64,000 bases of DNA from Eledone cirrhosa (Eukaryota): the NCBI GenBank assembly GCA_964016885.1, contig OZ024751.1, positions 46,872,001-46,936,000 on the forward strand. The letters are read 5' to 3'. Under the pieces are notes generated by a model that searched no databases, was not told where the DNA came from, and saw only the letters and a list, made by a program, of their open reading frames with translations. A program made the translations under genes and the position numbers. Positions within the stretch are counted from its first letter, which is position 1. The number at the start of each line of letters is the position of its first letter. This document shows positions 30,665-42,077 of this stretch, one piece after another.

Positions 30665-31285
30665 TTTTGCGAGGTTTTTTATATGAAATCGTGTGTCGAA
30701 ACAGATATTGTTATACTTGGGGAGGGTCATATTTGCGTAATATTGCCAGAATTAATAACAGAACACACTCACTGTTTGGTTGGTTTTCGCTTCTCGCTGT
30801 CTTTTATTATATCTGCGATCTAACTTACTCGGTCCTCAATGTTGCCATTGACTGACCGGCGGTCAAAAATAATACAGATACAATATAGACACAAACACAT
30901 ATATATATATATATATATAGTTTACATAATTTACATAAATCTTTCGTTGCACATCTGCAACATCGTCAGTGGTGTTATATTCATTACAACACAACAGGAG
31001 GAACAATGAATATAACACCACCGACGATGTTGCAGATGTGCAACGAAAGATTTATGTAAATTATGTAAACTATATATATATATATATATATGTGTTTGTG
31101 TCTATATTGTATCTGTATTATTTTTGCCCGCCGGTCAGTCAATGGCAACATTGAGGACCGAGTAAGTTAGATCGCAGATATAATAAAAGACAGCGAGAAG
31201 CGAAAACCAACCAAACAGTGAGTGTGTTCTGTTATTAATTCTGGCAATATTACGCAAATATGACCCTCCCCAAGTATAACAATAT
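30661..31285 (-). mobile_element. Fold-back PLE 3'-end remnant related to the adjacent full element
   Basis: Arms 30705-30985 / 31005-31285 with a 19-nt spacer. Shares the terminus ATGACCCTCCC(C/A)AAGTATAACAATAT and tail GAAATCGTGTGT.GAAAC with the PLE at 31321. Confidence 0.85.
30934..30971 (-). ncRNA. Hammerhead-like motif in fold-back element (mirror at 31019-31056 has CCGACGA)
   Basis: CA-CUGACGA-u-GUUGCA(gaug)UGCAAC-GAAAGAUUUA-UG. Same architecture as the PLE motif, but stem I is weak. Confidence 0.65.
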
Positions 31286-31536
31286 ATATATATATTTATA
31301 TATATATATATATATATATATTTCGTTTCTGAATTTGTTTAGCAAGATTCTTTATCTGAAATCGTGTGTTGAAACCGATATTGTTATACTTTGGGAGGGT
31401 CATGTTGCCAATAAGAAACACACGCACCAGTTGCTTTCACTTCAATTTAATTTAATATATATTTATAAATTTACAAATTTATAAATTTCTGGTTGGTTGG
31501 TTGGTTCCACAACCAGATAGTTGTTTATATATATAT

Positions 31537-31581
31537 AGTCATAGTTCTTTCGTCACACACTCTGTGACCTCTTCAGTGACT
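31537..31581 (-). ncRNA. Minimal type-I hammerhead motif (second copy, PLE 3' UTR)
   Basis: Reverse complement of 36243-36287. Confidence 0.8.
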
Positions 31582-31889
31582 GGGGATTTCTTTCTTCGTT
31601 TCTGTGCCTTTCCTTTCTTCTATCCTACGCCATTTTGTTTGTGTGTGGGTTGTGTGCTCAGTTTGCGCATGCGCCACATCCGGGTGTCTGTGTGTGTTTG
31701 TGTTCATTTTTCTATTTTTCTATTTTTATATTTATATTTGTTTGTTTATTTATTTATTTATTTATTGTTGGTTGGTTGTTTGTTCTATGTGTGTGTGTGT
31801 TTTCATTTTGTCTTGTGTGTGTTTTCATTTTGTGTGTGTTTTCAATTGTAAGTTGTTTATATATGTGTGTGTGTGTTTTCATTTTGTCC

Positions 31890-34800
31890 TTAATTGTAAG
31901 TTGTGATGTTGCTGTTCCACTCATATTTTCTATTTAATTTTGGTTTTAATTCTTTTATGCTTACTGCCTCTGTAATTTGCCTAAACATTGTGTCTTTCTT
32001 GTGTGTGGATTCTATTTTTATTTCTATGCTCTCTAATTTACCCCTGTGTTCTATCTTAGCATGTTGGTAGAGCACAGATGATTCTTTACTATCTTGGAGG
32101 TCTCGCCAGTGTTCATTTATTCGTTCCCCTATACTACGAGCTGTCTCACCTATGTACACTATATTTTTGTTTCTACATTGTCCCTCAGTACATCTTATGC
32201 TATATACTACATTTCTAGTTTTACAGTTAATATGGGGGCTTATTTTACAGGTTATACATTTCTTATCTATACATGAGGGTCTTTGGAACGGGTATGTCTT
32301 GCTAATAAGTGTTTTTACGGAGGTACCAGGTCTTTCTACTATCTTAATATTGAGATTATGTTTCTTTAGGGCCCTTCTAAATTTGTAGGCTAGTTCACCT
32401 CTAGGGGTTGTATTGATGAACATTACACTCTGGTATTTATTGCTATCATACCATGAGTTTATTCTATTGGCCTTGTTCTTAGTTCTTTCTATTCTATTCC
32501 AAAATTTGCTCCTATACAAGGGGCAGGTCCCATTTATGTCATTATTTACCATTTTTTCCCATTTGGTTCTGGCTCCTTTATACACTCTGATTCTATCTCT
32601 CTGATTGTAGCCAGAGAACTGCATACGGTGGATGAAGTGTTGTATGTGTCTCTCTAGTTCTTCGGGGTTGCACATGCGGGACACATTTCTCATCACCCGT
32701 ATCAAATCCGCAATCAGTATGTTGATTTTGGTATGGTCCGAAATGGCCGAGTTTCGGTGGATCAGATGTTTGGAAGTCATGGGTTTGGCATAATGGGAAT
32801 GGAGGATTTGTTTTTGGTTGTTAATAGTATCTAACCAGAGCTCTGTGTCTAGTACAGGTAATCGATGGTTGGGGTGTCTACTTGGGTAGTCTATAGTAAC
32901 TCTAATGCTCTGGTGGATGGAGTTTGCTATTTGCTGGATGCTTTCCATTGTGTTTTTCTCAGGTTCCTGACTGTTCTTTAGTGGGGGTGTCTTAACTACG
33001 ATGTTTATATCATCTACGTAGCGGGAGTACATTATCAGGGTTAATCTGTCTTCTAATTGTTCTTTAAGTTTTTGTTTAAGTCTACTGTCCCACCATACCA
33101 TGAACAAGTTAGCTATGTCGCCTGCAATGCTAACACCAATGGCTGCTCCTTCCTCTTGGGCATATGTTTTACCATTAAATTTGAACATATGTTCCTTAAG
33201 GGTTAATTTTATGCTGGCCCCTACCGCATGTGCAATCATTTTCTTCAGTTCATCGTGGTTTTCGGGTGTCCGTATGGCTCTGGTCCACCCGTTCCATCTA
33301 TCTGTGTGGGTTTTCTTGGCCATTGAGGTAATGGTAGGTGGTCTGCCTCTTGCTGGTCTTGTAGGGCACAGGTTGCTAAGGTCATAAGTGTCTAGGTAAC
33401 TATTACTATGGGTAAGCTTAAGTAGAAGTCCCAGCTCACTGGTATCAATCCCACGGAACTCAACCTTGCTCTCGCTGATCATTTCGACGCATTTCTCCAC
33501 AGCAAAATCCACGTCAATAGATGGATACAGGGACACAACATCCATACTGCCTATTATGCAGTTTGTTAGGTCCCCAGATCGGTTACCCGCGTCGATTCTG
33601 CTGAGGAGGTCCTCCGTGCTGTCACACACATCTGGGGACATCTCAATGATGGGGCGTATGATCAGGGAGAGGAAGTAGGACAGTCTGTAGTTACTAGCAA
33701 TGTTAGCCCCACAGACTGGCCGTGTTGGTGGTCCCGCGACAGGGTCCCAGCCCGTTTTATGGTCTTTTCGAAGCCCATACAACGCCGGCACGTCATTGTT
33801 CCAGGCCTGGAAGTTGTTGGCAGTCCTTTTGTTGGGCTGCATTATATTTGTCCACATCACCATATGGGCATTGAGGGTTTTTTCTCTGTCCTCATGCTCC
33901 TGTGGTGTTACCTCTCTTGTGTTAGTGATGTGGGGTTGCATTGCCTGGATGTAGTTTGGCAGGCTGTCAACCGACATTCTGCCAGACTTGTCTGTTGGAA
34001 AGCATGCTATCTCTCCATTACGCGAGCGCTGCATGAGCTTACGCAAGCCATTTGCAGATTCTTCTCCCAGTTGCTGGGCCTCTATTCTATTATGCTTCTT
34101 GCTATACTGTTCTATAATATTTCTAAGTTCGGATTTAGCTATACTAAATTGTGCTTCTGTTTGTTCATCGACCTGCGACGGCAACTGCGTGCGTTTGTTA
34201 AATGGCAAAGTCGTGGCGTGGACTCGTCGTAGGTCGAATGATTTATCGGAGTGGTTATAAAACGGAGAGTTCCAGGCTGCTGCTTTATGTGTACTTGCGC
34301 TATTGTTAGTTGTGTTGTTTCTATTTCCACCAACAGCAGCAGCCTCAGCTTCATGGTTGTTTCTATGTCTCTCATAATTACTCCTGTCTCTTTCCACTGG
34401 CTCAATGTTGTTATCTACCCTATTTTGTGTGTCTGTGTGTTCGTCTTGGTTATTCTCTTTGTCCTTAGTCTCCCTACTCCTTTTAATCCTATTACTTTCT
34501 CTTATTTCTCTGATTTCTGTGCTACTGTCATTACTTGTTTTCTGTGTCTGTGTGTTTGTTAAGATTGTAGTGGTGGTGAGAGGCATTGAATGTGTGTGTG
34601 TTGTTGTTGTTGATGTGTGTTGTTGTTGATGTGTGTTGTTGTCTCCGTGTGTGTGTGTGTTATCGTTGTTGTGTGTGTTGTTATTGTTGTTTGTGTTTGC
34701 GTGTCTGTTGTTGTTGTATCTGGGTATGTTGCTGTTGTTGTTGTTGTTGATGTGTGTGTTGTTGTTATTGTTGTCTCCGTGTGTGTTGTTATTGTTGTTT

Positions 34801-35276
34801 GTGTCTGCGTGTCTGTTGTATCTGGGTATGTTGCTATTGTTGGTATTGTATCTGGGTATGTTGCTATTGTTGTTGTTATTGTTTGTGTCTGTGTGTCTGT
34901 TGTTGTTGGGATGTGTGTTGTATATGTGTGTGCGTATATTGTTGCTTTTGTTTTTGTTTTTGATGCTCCAGCGTAGTTTCGTAAATGATTTTTCTATTTC
35001 TGACAGACAACTAATCATATTTACCTTCTTGAATGTCGCAAATTTGGGTGGCAAACGTAACACAGACATTTCATTATTATCTATTTTCGTGTTTCCATAA
35101 ATGTTGGTATTTTTATTGTTGAACTCTTCAGATAATGAGGTGTCGGCCATGTTGATACCGTCAATTTTGTCGGGATATCTATTGGTATACTCTATAGTAT
35201 CCCGATTTAGCTTTGCCTGTTTAAGCCACTTTAATTTTCTGTTAAAGTGCTTATTACATTCTTGAGTAATGTACAT
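31890..35276 (-). CDS. PLE reverse transcriptase + GIY-YIG endonuclease polyprotein (1128 aa from MYITQ; N-terminus truncated)
   Basis: Motifs PTDKSG, LYGLRKDHK, TRPVCG, SMDVVSLYPSID, QEEGAAIG, RYVDDI, LPVLDT, Cys linker CIDKKCITC, VVYSIRC...YIGET...RINEH...QH, KPKLN. The first ~45 aa of the 1173-aa track ORF are antisense of the inverted repeat and not part of the protein. Confidence 0.92.
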   Translation of the reverse strand: MYITQECNKHFNRKLKWLKQAKLNRDTIEYTNRYPDKIDGINMADTSLSEEFNNKNTNIYGNTKIDNNEMSVLRLPPKFATFKKVNMISCLSEIEKSFTKLRWSIKNKNKSNNIRTHIYNTHPNNNRHTDTNNNNNNSNIPRYNTNNSNIPRYNRHADTNNNNNTHGDNNNNNTHINNNNNSNIPRYNNNRHANTNNNNNTHNNDNTHTHGDNNTHQQQHTSTTTTHTHSMPLTTTTILTNTQTQKTSNDSSTEIREIRESNRIKRSRETKDKENNQDEHTDTQNRVDNNIEPVERDRSNYERHRNNHEAEAAAVGGNRNNTTNNSASTHKAAAWNSPFYNHSDKSFDLRRVHATTLPFNKRTQLPSQVDEQTEAQFSIAKSELRNIIEQYSKKHNRIEAQQLGEESANGLRKLMQRSRNGEIACFPTDKSGRMSVDSLPNYIQAMQPHITNTREVTPQEHEDREKTLNAHMVMWTNIMQPNKRTANNFQAWNNDVPALYGLRKDHKTGWDPVAGPPTRPVCGANIASNYRLSYFLSLIIRPIIEMSPDVCDSTEDLLSRIDAGNRSGDLTNCIIGSMDVVSLYPSIDVDFAVEKCVEMISESKVEFRGIDTSELGLLLKLTHSNSYLDTYDLSNLCPTRPARGRPPTITSMAKKTHTDRWNGWTRAIRTPENHDELKKMIAHAVGASIKLTLKEHMFKFNGKTYAQEEGAAIGVSIAGDIANLFMVWWDSRLKQKLKEQLEDRLTLIMYSRYVDDINIVVKTPPLKNSQEPEKNTMESIQQIANSIHQSIRVTIDYPSRHPNHRLPVLDTELWLDTINNQKQILHSHYAKPMTSKHLIHRNSAISDHTKINILIADLIRVMRNVSRMCNPEELERHIQHFIHRMQFSGYNQRDRIRVYKGARTKWEKMVNNDINGTCPLYRSKFWNRIERTKNKANRINSWYDSNKYQSVMFINTTPRGELAYKFRRALKKHNLNIKIVERPGTSVKTLISKTYPFQRPSCIDKKCITCKISPHINCKTRNVVYSIRCTEGQCRNKNIVYIGETARSIGERINEHWRDLQDSKESSVLYQHAKIEHRGKLESIEIKIESTHKKDTMFRQITEAVSIKELKPKLNRKYEWNSNITTYN

Positions 35277-35934
35277 TACTAATGACATAAATGGGACCTG
35301 CCCCTTGTATAGGAGCAAATTTTGGAATAGAATAGAAAGAACTAAGAACAAGGCCAATAGAATAAACTCATGGTATGATAGCAATAAATACCAGAGTGTA
35401 ATGTTCATCAATACAACCCCTAGAGGTGAACTAGCCTACAAATTTAGAAGGGCCCTAAAGAAACATAATCTCAATATTAAGATAGTAGAAAGACCTGGTA
35501 CCTCCGTAAAAACACTTATTAGCAAGACATACCCGTTCCAAAGACCCTCATGTATAGATAAGAAATGTATAACCTGTAAAATAAGCCCCCATATTAACTG
35601 TAAAACTAGAAATGTAGTATATAGCATAAGATGTACTGAGGGACAATGTAGAAACAAAAATATAGTGTACATAGGTGAGACAGCTCGTAGTATAGGGGAA
35701 CGAATAAATGAACACTGGCGAGACCTCCAAGATAGTAAAGAATCATCTGTGCTCTACCAACATGCTAAGATAGAACACAGGGGTAAATTAGAGAGCATAG
35801 AAATAAAAATAGAATCCACACACAAGAAAGACGCAATGTTTAGGCAAATTACAGAGGCAGTAAGCATAAAAGAATTAAAACCAAAATTAAATAGAAAATA
35901 TGAGTGGAACAGCAACATCACAACTTACAATTAA
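35269..35934 (+). pseudogene. Duplicated GIY-YIG endonuclease-only ORF (221 aa) in the inverted repeat
   Basis: Matches the polyprotein C-terminus except T>A. Its ATG lies in the junction palindrome. Confidence 0.75.
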
Positions 35935-36438
35935 GGACAAAATGAAAACACACACACACATATATAAACAACTTACAATTGAAAACACACACAAAATGAA
36001 AACACACACAAGACAAAATGAAAACACACACACACATAGAACAAACAACCAACCAACAATAAATAAATAAATAAATAAACAAACAAATATAAATATAAAA
36101 ATAGAAAAATAGAAAAATGAACACAAACACACACAGACACCCGGATGTGGCGCATGCGCAAACTGAGCACACAACCCACACACAAACAAAATGGCGTAGG
36201 ATAGAAGAAAGGAAAGGCACAGAAACGAAGAAAGAAATCCCCAGTCACTGAAGAGGTCACAGAGTGTGTGACGAAAGAACTATGACTATATATATATAAA
36301 CAACTATCTGGTTGTGGAACCAACCAACCAACCAGAAATTTATAAATTTGTAAATTTATAAATATATATTAAATTAAATTGAAGTGAAAGCAACTGGTGC
36401 GTGTGTTTCTTATTGGCAACATGACCCTCCCAAAGTAT

Positions 36439-36446
<8 letters not shown>
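35280..36446 (+). repeat. Inverted copy (1167 bp) of the PLE 3' end (pseudo-LTR)
   Basis: Reverse complement of 31378-32544. The one difference I noticed is at 35833 vs 31991 (KKDAMF vs KKDTMF). Confidence 0.95.
36243..36287 (+). ncRNA. Minimal type-I hammerhead ribozyme motif (PLE pLTR)
   Basis: AGUCA-CUGAAGA-g-GUCACA(gagug)UGUGAC-GAA-AG(aa)CU-A-UGACU: stem I AGUCA/UGACU, stem II, 2-bp stem III, CUA cleavage triplet. Confidence 0.8.
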
Positions 36447-36532
<86 letters not shown>

Positions 36533-36533
<1 letters not shown>

Positions 36534-36730
36534 GGGAAATTGGATTCGCAATCGTAAGGTTGTGAGTTCGATTCCTAGACCAGGCGATGCGTTATGTCCT
36601 TGAGCAAGACACTTTATTTCACGTTGCTCCTTCTACCTGGAGTTGCGACCGATAGATAGTATTAGCAATTGGAAAGACCAACGGAAACATTGTTCCCTCG
36701 GTCCGATTTGACAAAAAAGTCGATCGTTCC
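36533..36730 (+). mobile_element. tRNA-derived SINE (family I)
   Basis: B-box GAGTTCGATTCC, TGTCCTTGAGCAAGACACTT central domain. Other copies at 235-407 (+), 39156-39268 (+) and 18017-18100 (-). Confidence 0.75.
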
Positions 36731-36767
<37 letters not shown>

Positions 36768-36836
36768 CTGTGTATGTTTGTATATATATATATATATATT
36801 CATTTAATTATTTTCATATACACACACATATATATA

Positions 36837-36877
<41 letters not shown>

Positions 36878-36948
36878 GAAAAACTATTACTACTACTACA
36901 ACAGCAACAACGACTACAACAACGACAACAACAACAACAACAACAACA

Positions 36949-36980
<32 letters not shown>

Positions 36981-37440
36981 CTCCAACACCAACACCACCA
37001 CCACCATCATCATACCACTGCTACAATATTAATATAATAATGACAACAACAACCACAAAACAACAACAATCATAATAATAATAATAACGAAAATGACAAT
37101 GACAATCTCAGCTTTAACAATATTAATGGCGTTTTTGTGGTGAATAAAGAGAATTTGCGGTGAGTGTTTATGACAATTCTATTTTGTCGTAGTTAATATT
37201 TCCTTTGAAAGCGCCGAGGGTGGTCGGGAAATGTGGCCAGTGAGATCAAGCTGGCGGGTTTCATAGTGGTAAGGGGTAGACAGATACATTAGATGAGATG
37301 TGGGTATACTGGAGCCAGGGAGCTCTGATCTTCGTCATAACAACCTCATTGAACATGTGCAAAGAGAAGAGAATAAAGGCTGGCTCCTTTTTTTTCCTTT
37401 TTTTTTTTCCTTCATAACTATGACTCCTAACGTCTAAGCG

Positions 37441-37502
<62 letters not shown>

Positions 37503-37542
37503 GAGAAAGATAGAGAGAAATAGAGAAAGAGATAGCCGAATA

Positions 37543-37628
<86 letters not shown>

Positions 37629-37965
37629 ATGAATTTTTTGAAATTTATTTTGAAACATTTTCTTATTTGCTAAACCTTGATTATATATATATATATATAT
37701 ATATATATACAAATAAATATACATAAATATATATATATATACATACATATATATGTGTGTGTGCATGTGTGTGCGTGTATACATGCATATACAGAGAGAG
37801 AGAGAGAGATAGAGAGAGAGAGACAGAGAGAAAAAGAGGAGAGAGAGATAGAAGGGTAGATAGCTAGATAGATAGATAAGGTAGCATGCGTTTTTATTGC
37901 AAGCGTAAATCATCCCCAATGTATTACAATATGTTTATATATATTTATATATATATATATATATA

Positions 37966-38198
37966 TAGGCAAAAGTAAGACCCCGACGGCAGAGCTCAAG
38001 CCGTTTCGACGGCTATTTCTGGACTAAATTAGAAATTTTAGCCTGGTGAATTCTAATTTAGCCCAGAAATAGCCGTCGAAACGGCTTGAGCTCTGCCGTC
38101 GGGGTCTTACTTTTTCCTATTTGCCACTCTACTACCCTAAGTATTGAGTACTCTGGTGCGTTATGGTCCATCTGGTTCCTTACCACAATTCCTTTGTT
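37966..38198 (+). mobile_element. Family A fold-back element
   Basis: Palindrome with a ~15-nt spacer near 38042, plus tail. Confidence 0.8.
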
Positions 38199-38241
38199 AT
38201 ATATATATATATATATATATATTTGATATATCTCATATGAA

Positions 38242-38424
38242 ATAATTGTTTCTACTTTTTGGTACAAGGCCAGCAATTACCCCAGTGTATTACTGGTACT
38301 TTATTTTATCGACCCCGTAAGGATGAAAGGCAAAGTTAACCTCGGCGGAATTTGAACTCAGATCGTTAAGGGACGTAACTATGCTGGAAAGCATGGCATC
38401 CGCCCCTCTGCCGATACTGCCAAT
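38242..38424 (-). mobile_element. SINE family J
   Basis: Homologous to 29241-29435. Confidence 0.8.
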
Positions 38425-38562
38425 CAAAATACAGCCAATGTTCCACACAATACATTTAGTTAGCACCCCGAACGTTTAATTAGGAATATACTCACTTATT
38501 TCCTAATGTTTGTTGAGTGAGTTGGAATTTGGCCGGAGTATCGCTATTAGCTTTCTCCGGTA

Positions 38563-38654
<92 letters not shown>

Positions 38655-38660
<6 letters not shown>

Positions 38661-39076
38661 AATAAGAGGAATTCCAACTTTGTCTGATTTACTCGTTTTA
38701 TTTACAATCCTTTAAAATTTATAATGGTATTATAATGAAATAGTATGATAGAATATTAAATGTTAAGTGTTAATTGAACAAGTACTTTCATGCTTTCGCA
38801 ATCTTCAGGTTCATAATGTGTGGTGACAGTCAAGTTTGCAATTTTCAACAGTTGAAAATTGCAAACTTGACTGTCACCACACATTATGAACCTGAAGATT
38901 GCGAAAGCATGAAAGTACTTGTTCAATTAACACTTAACATTTAATATTCTATCATACTATTTCATTATAATACCATTATAAATTTTAAAGGATTGTAAAT
39001 AAAACGAGTAAATCAGACAAAGTTGGAATTCCTCTTATTAATATAATCTTCTATACACAATCATATACACCCGTGT

Positions 39077-39082
<6 letters not shown>
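38655..39082 (+). mobile_element. Fold-back palindrome (centre 38850, ~195-bp arms) with ~37-nt tail; PLE-type remnant
   Basis: Near-perfect inverted repeat 38655-39045 with (TA)n on the left and (TC)n/(TA)n on the right. Contains a hammerhead motif. Confidence 0.85.
38887..38925 (+). ncRNA. Minimal type-I hammerhead ribozyme (mirror 38775-38813, minus)
   Basis: UGAAC-CUGAAGA-uUGC(GAAA)GCAu-GAA-AGUACU-U-GUUCA: stem I UGAAC/GUUCA, palindromic stem III AGUACU. Confidence 0.85.
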
Positions 39083-39144
<62 letters not shown>

Positions 39145-39356
39145 ATATATATATATATTTCACGTTGCTCCTTCTACCTGGAGTTACGACCTATAGATAG
39201 TATTAGCAATTGGAAAGACCAACGGAAACATTCTTTTCTCGGTCCAATTTGACGAAAATCGATCGACTATATATATACTCCAGTCCAATAAACTGTTGAG
39301 TGCTACTTATCCGATATTTGCATTGCTTTATTGTGCTACAATAAAACTCACCTCCT

Positions 39357-39389
<33 letters not shown>

Positions 39390-39395
<6 letters not shown>

Positions 39396-39638
39396 TGTAA
39401 TAAACAACATAAGATAATTAATTCATTTACCAAAGGTTTCACGAAGACAGACGAGCTTGACACTTACATCTGCCTTCAATCATCGGAAAGAAGAATAAAT
39501 TCCTTCTGATGATTGAAGACAGACGTAAGTGTCAAGCTCGTCTGTCTTCGTGAAACCTTTGGTAAATGAATTAATTATCTTATGTTGTTTATTACATAAC
39601 TAAAAAGCTCTGTAGCTTACATAGACTTTACTTTTCCT
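39390..39638 (+). mobile_element. Fold-back palindrome (~100-bp arms) with ~36-nt tail; PLE-type remnant
   Basis: Inverted repeat 39390-~39490 / ~39501-39602, in (TA)n. Confidence 0.82.
39498..39572 (+). ncRNA. Type-I hammerhead ribozyme motif
   Basis: AAUUCCUU-CUGAUGA-uu-GAAGACAGACG(13 nt)CGUCUGUCUUC-gu-GAA-ACC(uuu)GGU-A-AAUGAAUU. The mirror arm has CCGAUGA. Confidence 0.85.
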
Positions 39639-39639
39639 A

Positions 39640-39671
<32 letters not shown>

Positions 39672-39847
39672 AGAGTGGTGATTTTGCATTGTTGTTAGAG
39701 CAATCTGAGTTGAAATCCTACCGAGGTCTGTTTTACCTTCCAATAAATTATTTAGTACTGATGCTACTCGATTACGAGTAACGGGTGTAGCTCTATATTA
39801 CACACACACACACACACACACATCTTGGAGATTTGCTGGTAAAGAGG

Positions 39848-39907
<60 letters not shown>

Positions 39908-39934
39908 TGAGAGTGAGAGAGAGAGAGAGAGAGA

Positions 39935-40011
<77 letters not shown>

Positions 40012-41233
40012 AAGAGAGAGACGCATACGTACATGCGCACACTTATACATAAACTTCGTTTTTTGTATTTATGAGATTTTAGGAAAATCTTGTGTTGTAA
40101 TATTTGAGGAGAGTTTTGCTGCCAAAAAGTGAAAATAAGGTGATGCCTATGTTTTTACTGACAGCATGGCCCTACCGACATCGAATACAGTTATGATGAT
40201 GACGATGGTGGTTGTGGTAGTGGTGGTGGTGGTGGTGGTGGTGGTGGTAGTGGTAGTGGTGGAGGTGGTGGTAGTGGTAGTGGTGGTGGTGGTGGTAGTG
40301 GTGGTGGCGGTGGTGGTGGTGGTGGTAGTGGTCGTGGCGGTGGTGGTGGTGGTGTTGGTGGTGATTGTGGTGGTGATGGTGCTGCTGTTGTTGTGGTGGT
40401 GGTAGTAGTGGTGATGGTGGTGGTGGTCATGGTGCGGTGGCAGTGGTCGTGGTAGTGGTGGTGGTGGTGGTGCTAGTGGTACGGTGGCAGTGGTAGTGGT
40501 GGTGGTCGTGATGTTGGCGGCGGTGGTGGTGGTGGTGGTAGAGGTGGTGATGGTGCTACTGTTGTTGGTGGTGGTAGTAGTGGTGGTGGTGATGGTGGTG
40601 GTGGTGGTGGTGATGGTGCGGTGGCAGTGGTAGTGGTAGTGGTGGTATTGGTGGTGGTGGTGGCGGCGGTGGTGGTGGTGGTGGTAGTGGTAGTGGTAGT
40701 GGTGGTAATGGTGGTAGTGGTACAGTAGCAGTAGCAGCAGTTGCAGTAGCAGTAGCAGTAGCAGCTGCTGAAATAATATTTACATGTCACAATCTAGTTG
40801 CAATAATTCACATCGTTGACAGACGTCACCATTAGCAACAGCAATTAGTAAATTCTGCCTTATCTCCCCTTATCAATCTATTTCTTCTTTCGAAGTTATG
40901 AATATGCATATATGTGTGTGTGTGTGTGTGCGTGTGCATATATATATGTGTGTGTGTGTGCGTGTGCATATATATATTTATACATATACATAGTTCAAGA
41001 TTAAAAAACAGAAACACAGAGATACAGTTAGTCTTATAATAATTAATAATAAATATATATTATGTATTTATTGTAAGAACAGATTCGTTTCAGCAATGAA
41101 TAGGTGCTTTCACCCTTAACGTGATCTTGACTATAGATTAAGAGTATAGATTAAGAGTATATATTTTATATATATATATACAGAGAGAGAGAGAGAGAGA
41201 AATGTATATACATATATATATATATCATATATA

Positions 41234-41592
<359 letters not shown>

Positions 41593-41610
41593 ATGTTTTC
41601 TTTTATATTT

Positions 41611-41770
41611 GTTTTGCTAGATTCTTGATGTGAGATGTTAAGTTGAAACAGGTATTGTTATACTTTGGGAAAGTTCTGCTAATAAGAACCACACACAACA
41701 GTTTGTTTCCACTTAGTCAGGCAACTAAACTATTCATCGTTTGGTTAAGTAACCAGATTAATATTTCATT
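41611..41770 (-). mobile_element. Diverged 3' end related to the PLE at 31321
   Basis: GTTGAAACAGGTATTGTTATACTTTGGGA...AATAAGAAC resembles 31368-31420. Confidence 0.6.
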
Positions 41771-41789
41771 GTCAAAGTTCTTTCGGATA

Positions 41790-42058
41790 CGAGTGGCCTA
41801 GTGGTTAGTGTGTTGTACTTTTGATCATAATGTCATGGGCTTGAACTCTGGGCAGGGTTGTGTGATGTTTTCTTGAACAAAACATTTCACTTTGCTTCAG
41901 TATACTCAGCTGAAAATGAGTACCAGCAATAGCTGGGGAGTCAAAACGCTGCAGTTGACTGGCGTCCTGTCCACGGGGAAGTCTTGTACTCCCAGGGAGG
42001 TGTCTTAACTCCATGGAAACCGGGATAATCACTGGCCTGATGAGCCCCAGGACTTGAG
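41790..42058 (+). mobile_element. tRNA-derived SINE (older)
   Basis: GTGGCCTAGTGGTTAG head; CAGCTGAAAATGAGTACC domain; GGAAACCGGGATAA 3' part. Confidence 0.6.
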
Positions 42059-42077
42059 ACAAACTTTAGGCTTTTAG

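Larger units (their letters stand above)
31321..36446 (-). mobile_element. Penelope-like retroelement (PLE, possibly Naiad-type), 5'-truncated, with inverted pseudo-LTR, inserted in (TA)n
   Basis: RT+GIY-YIG ORF on the minus strand. 31378-32544 is repeated in inverted orientation at 35280-36446. About 57 nt of unduplicated 3' tail at 31321-31377; (TA)n on both sides. Confidence 0.93.

Noticed and set aside
35277-35411. Hydrophobic N-terminus of the 1173-aa ORF as a signal or membrane segment
   Set aside because: It is the antisense reading of the inverted repeat/junction; the same peptide appears at 32413 (+).
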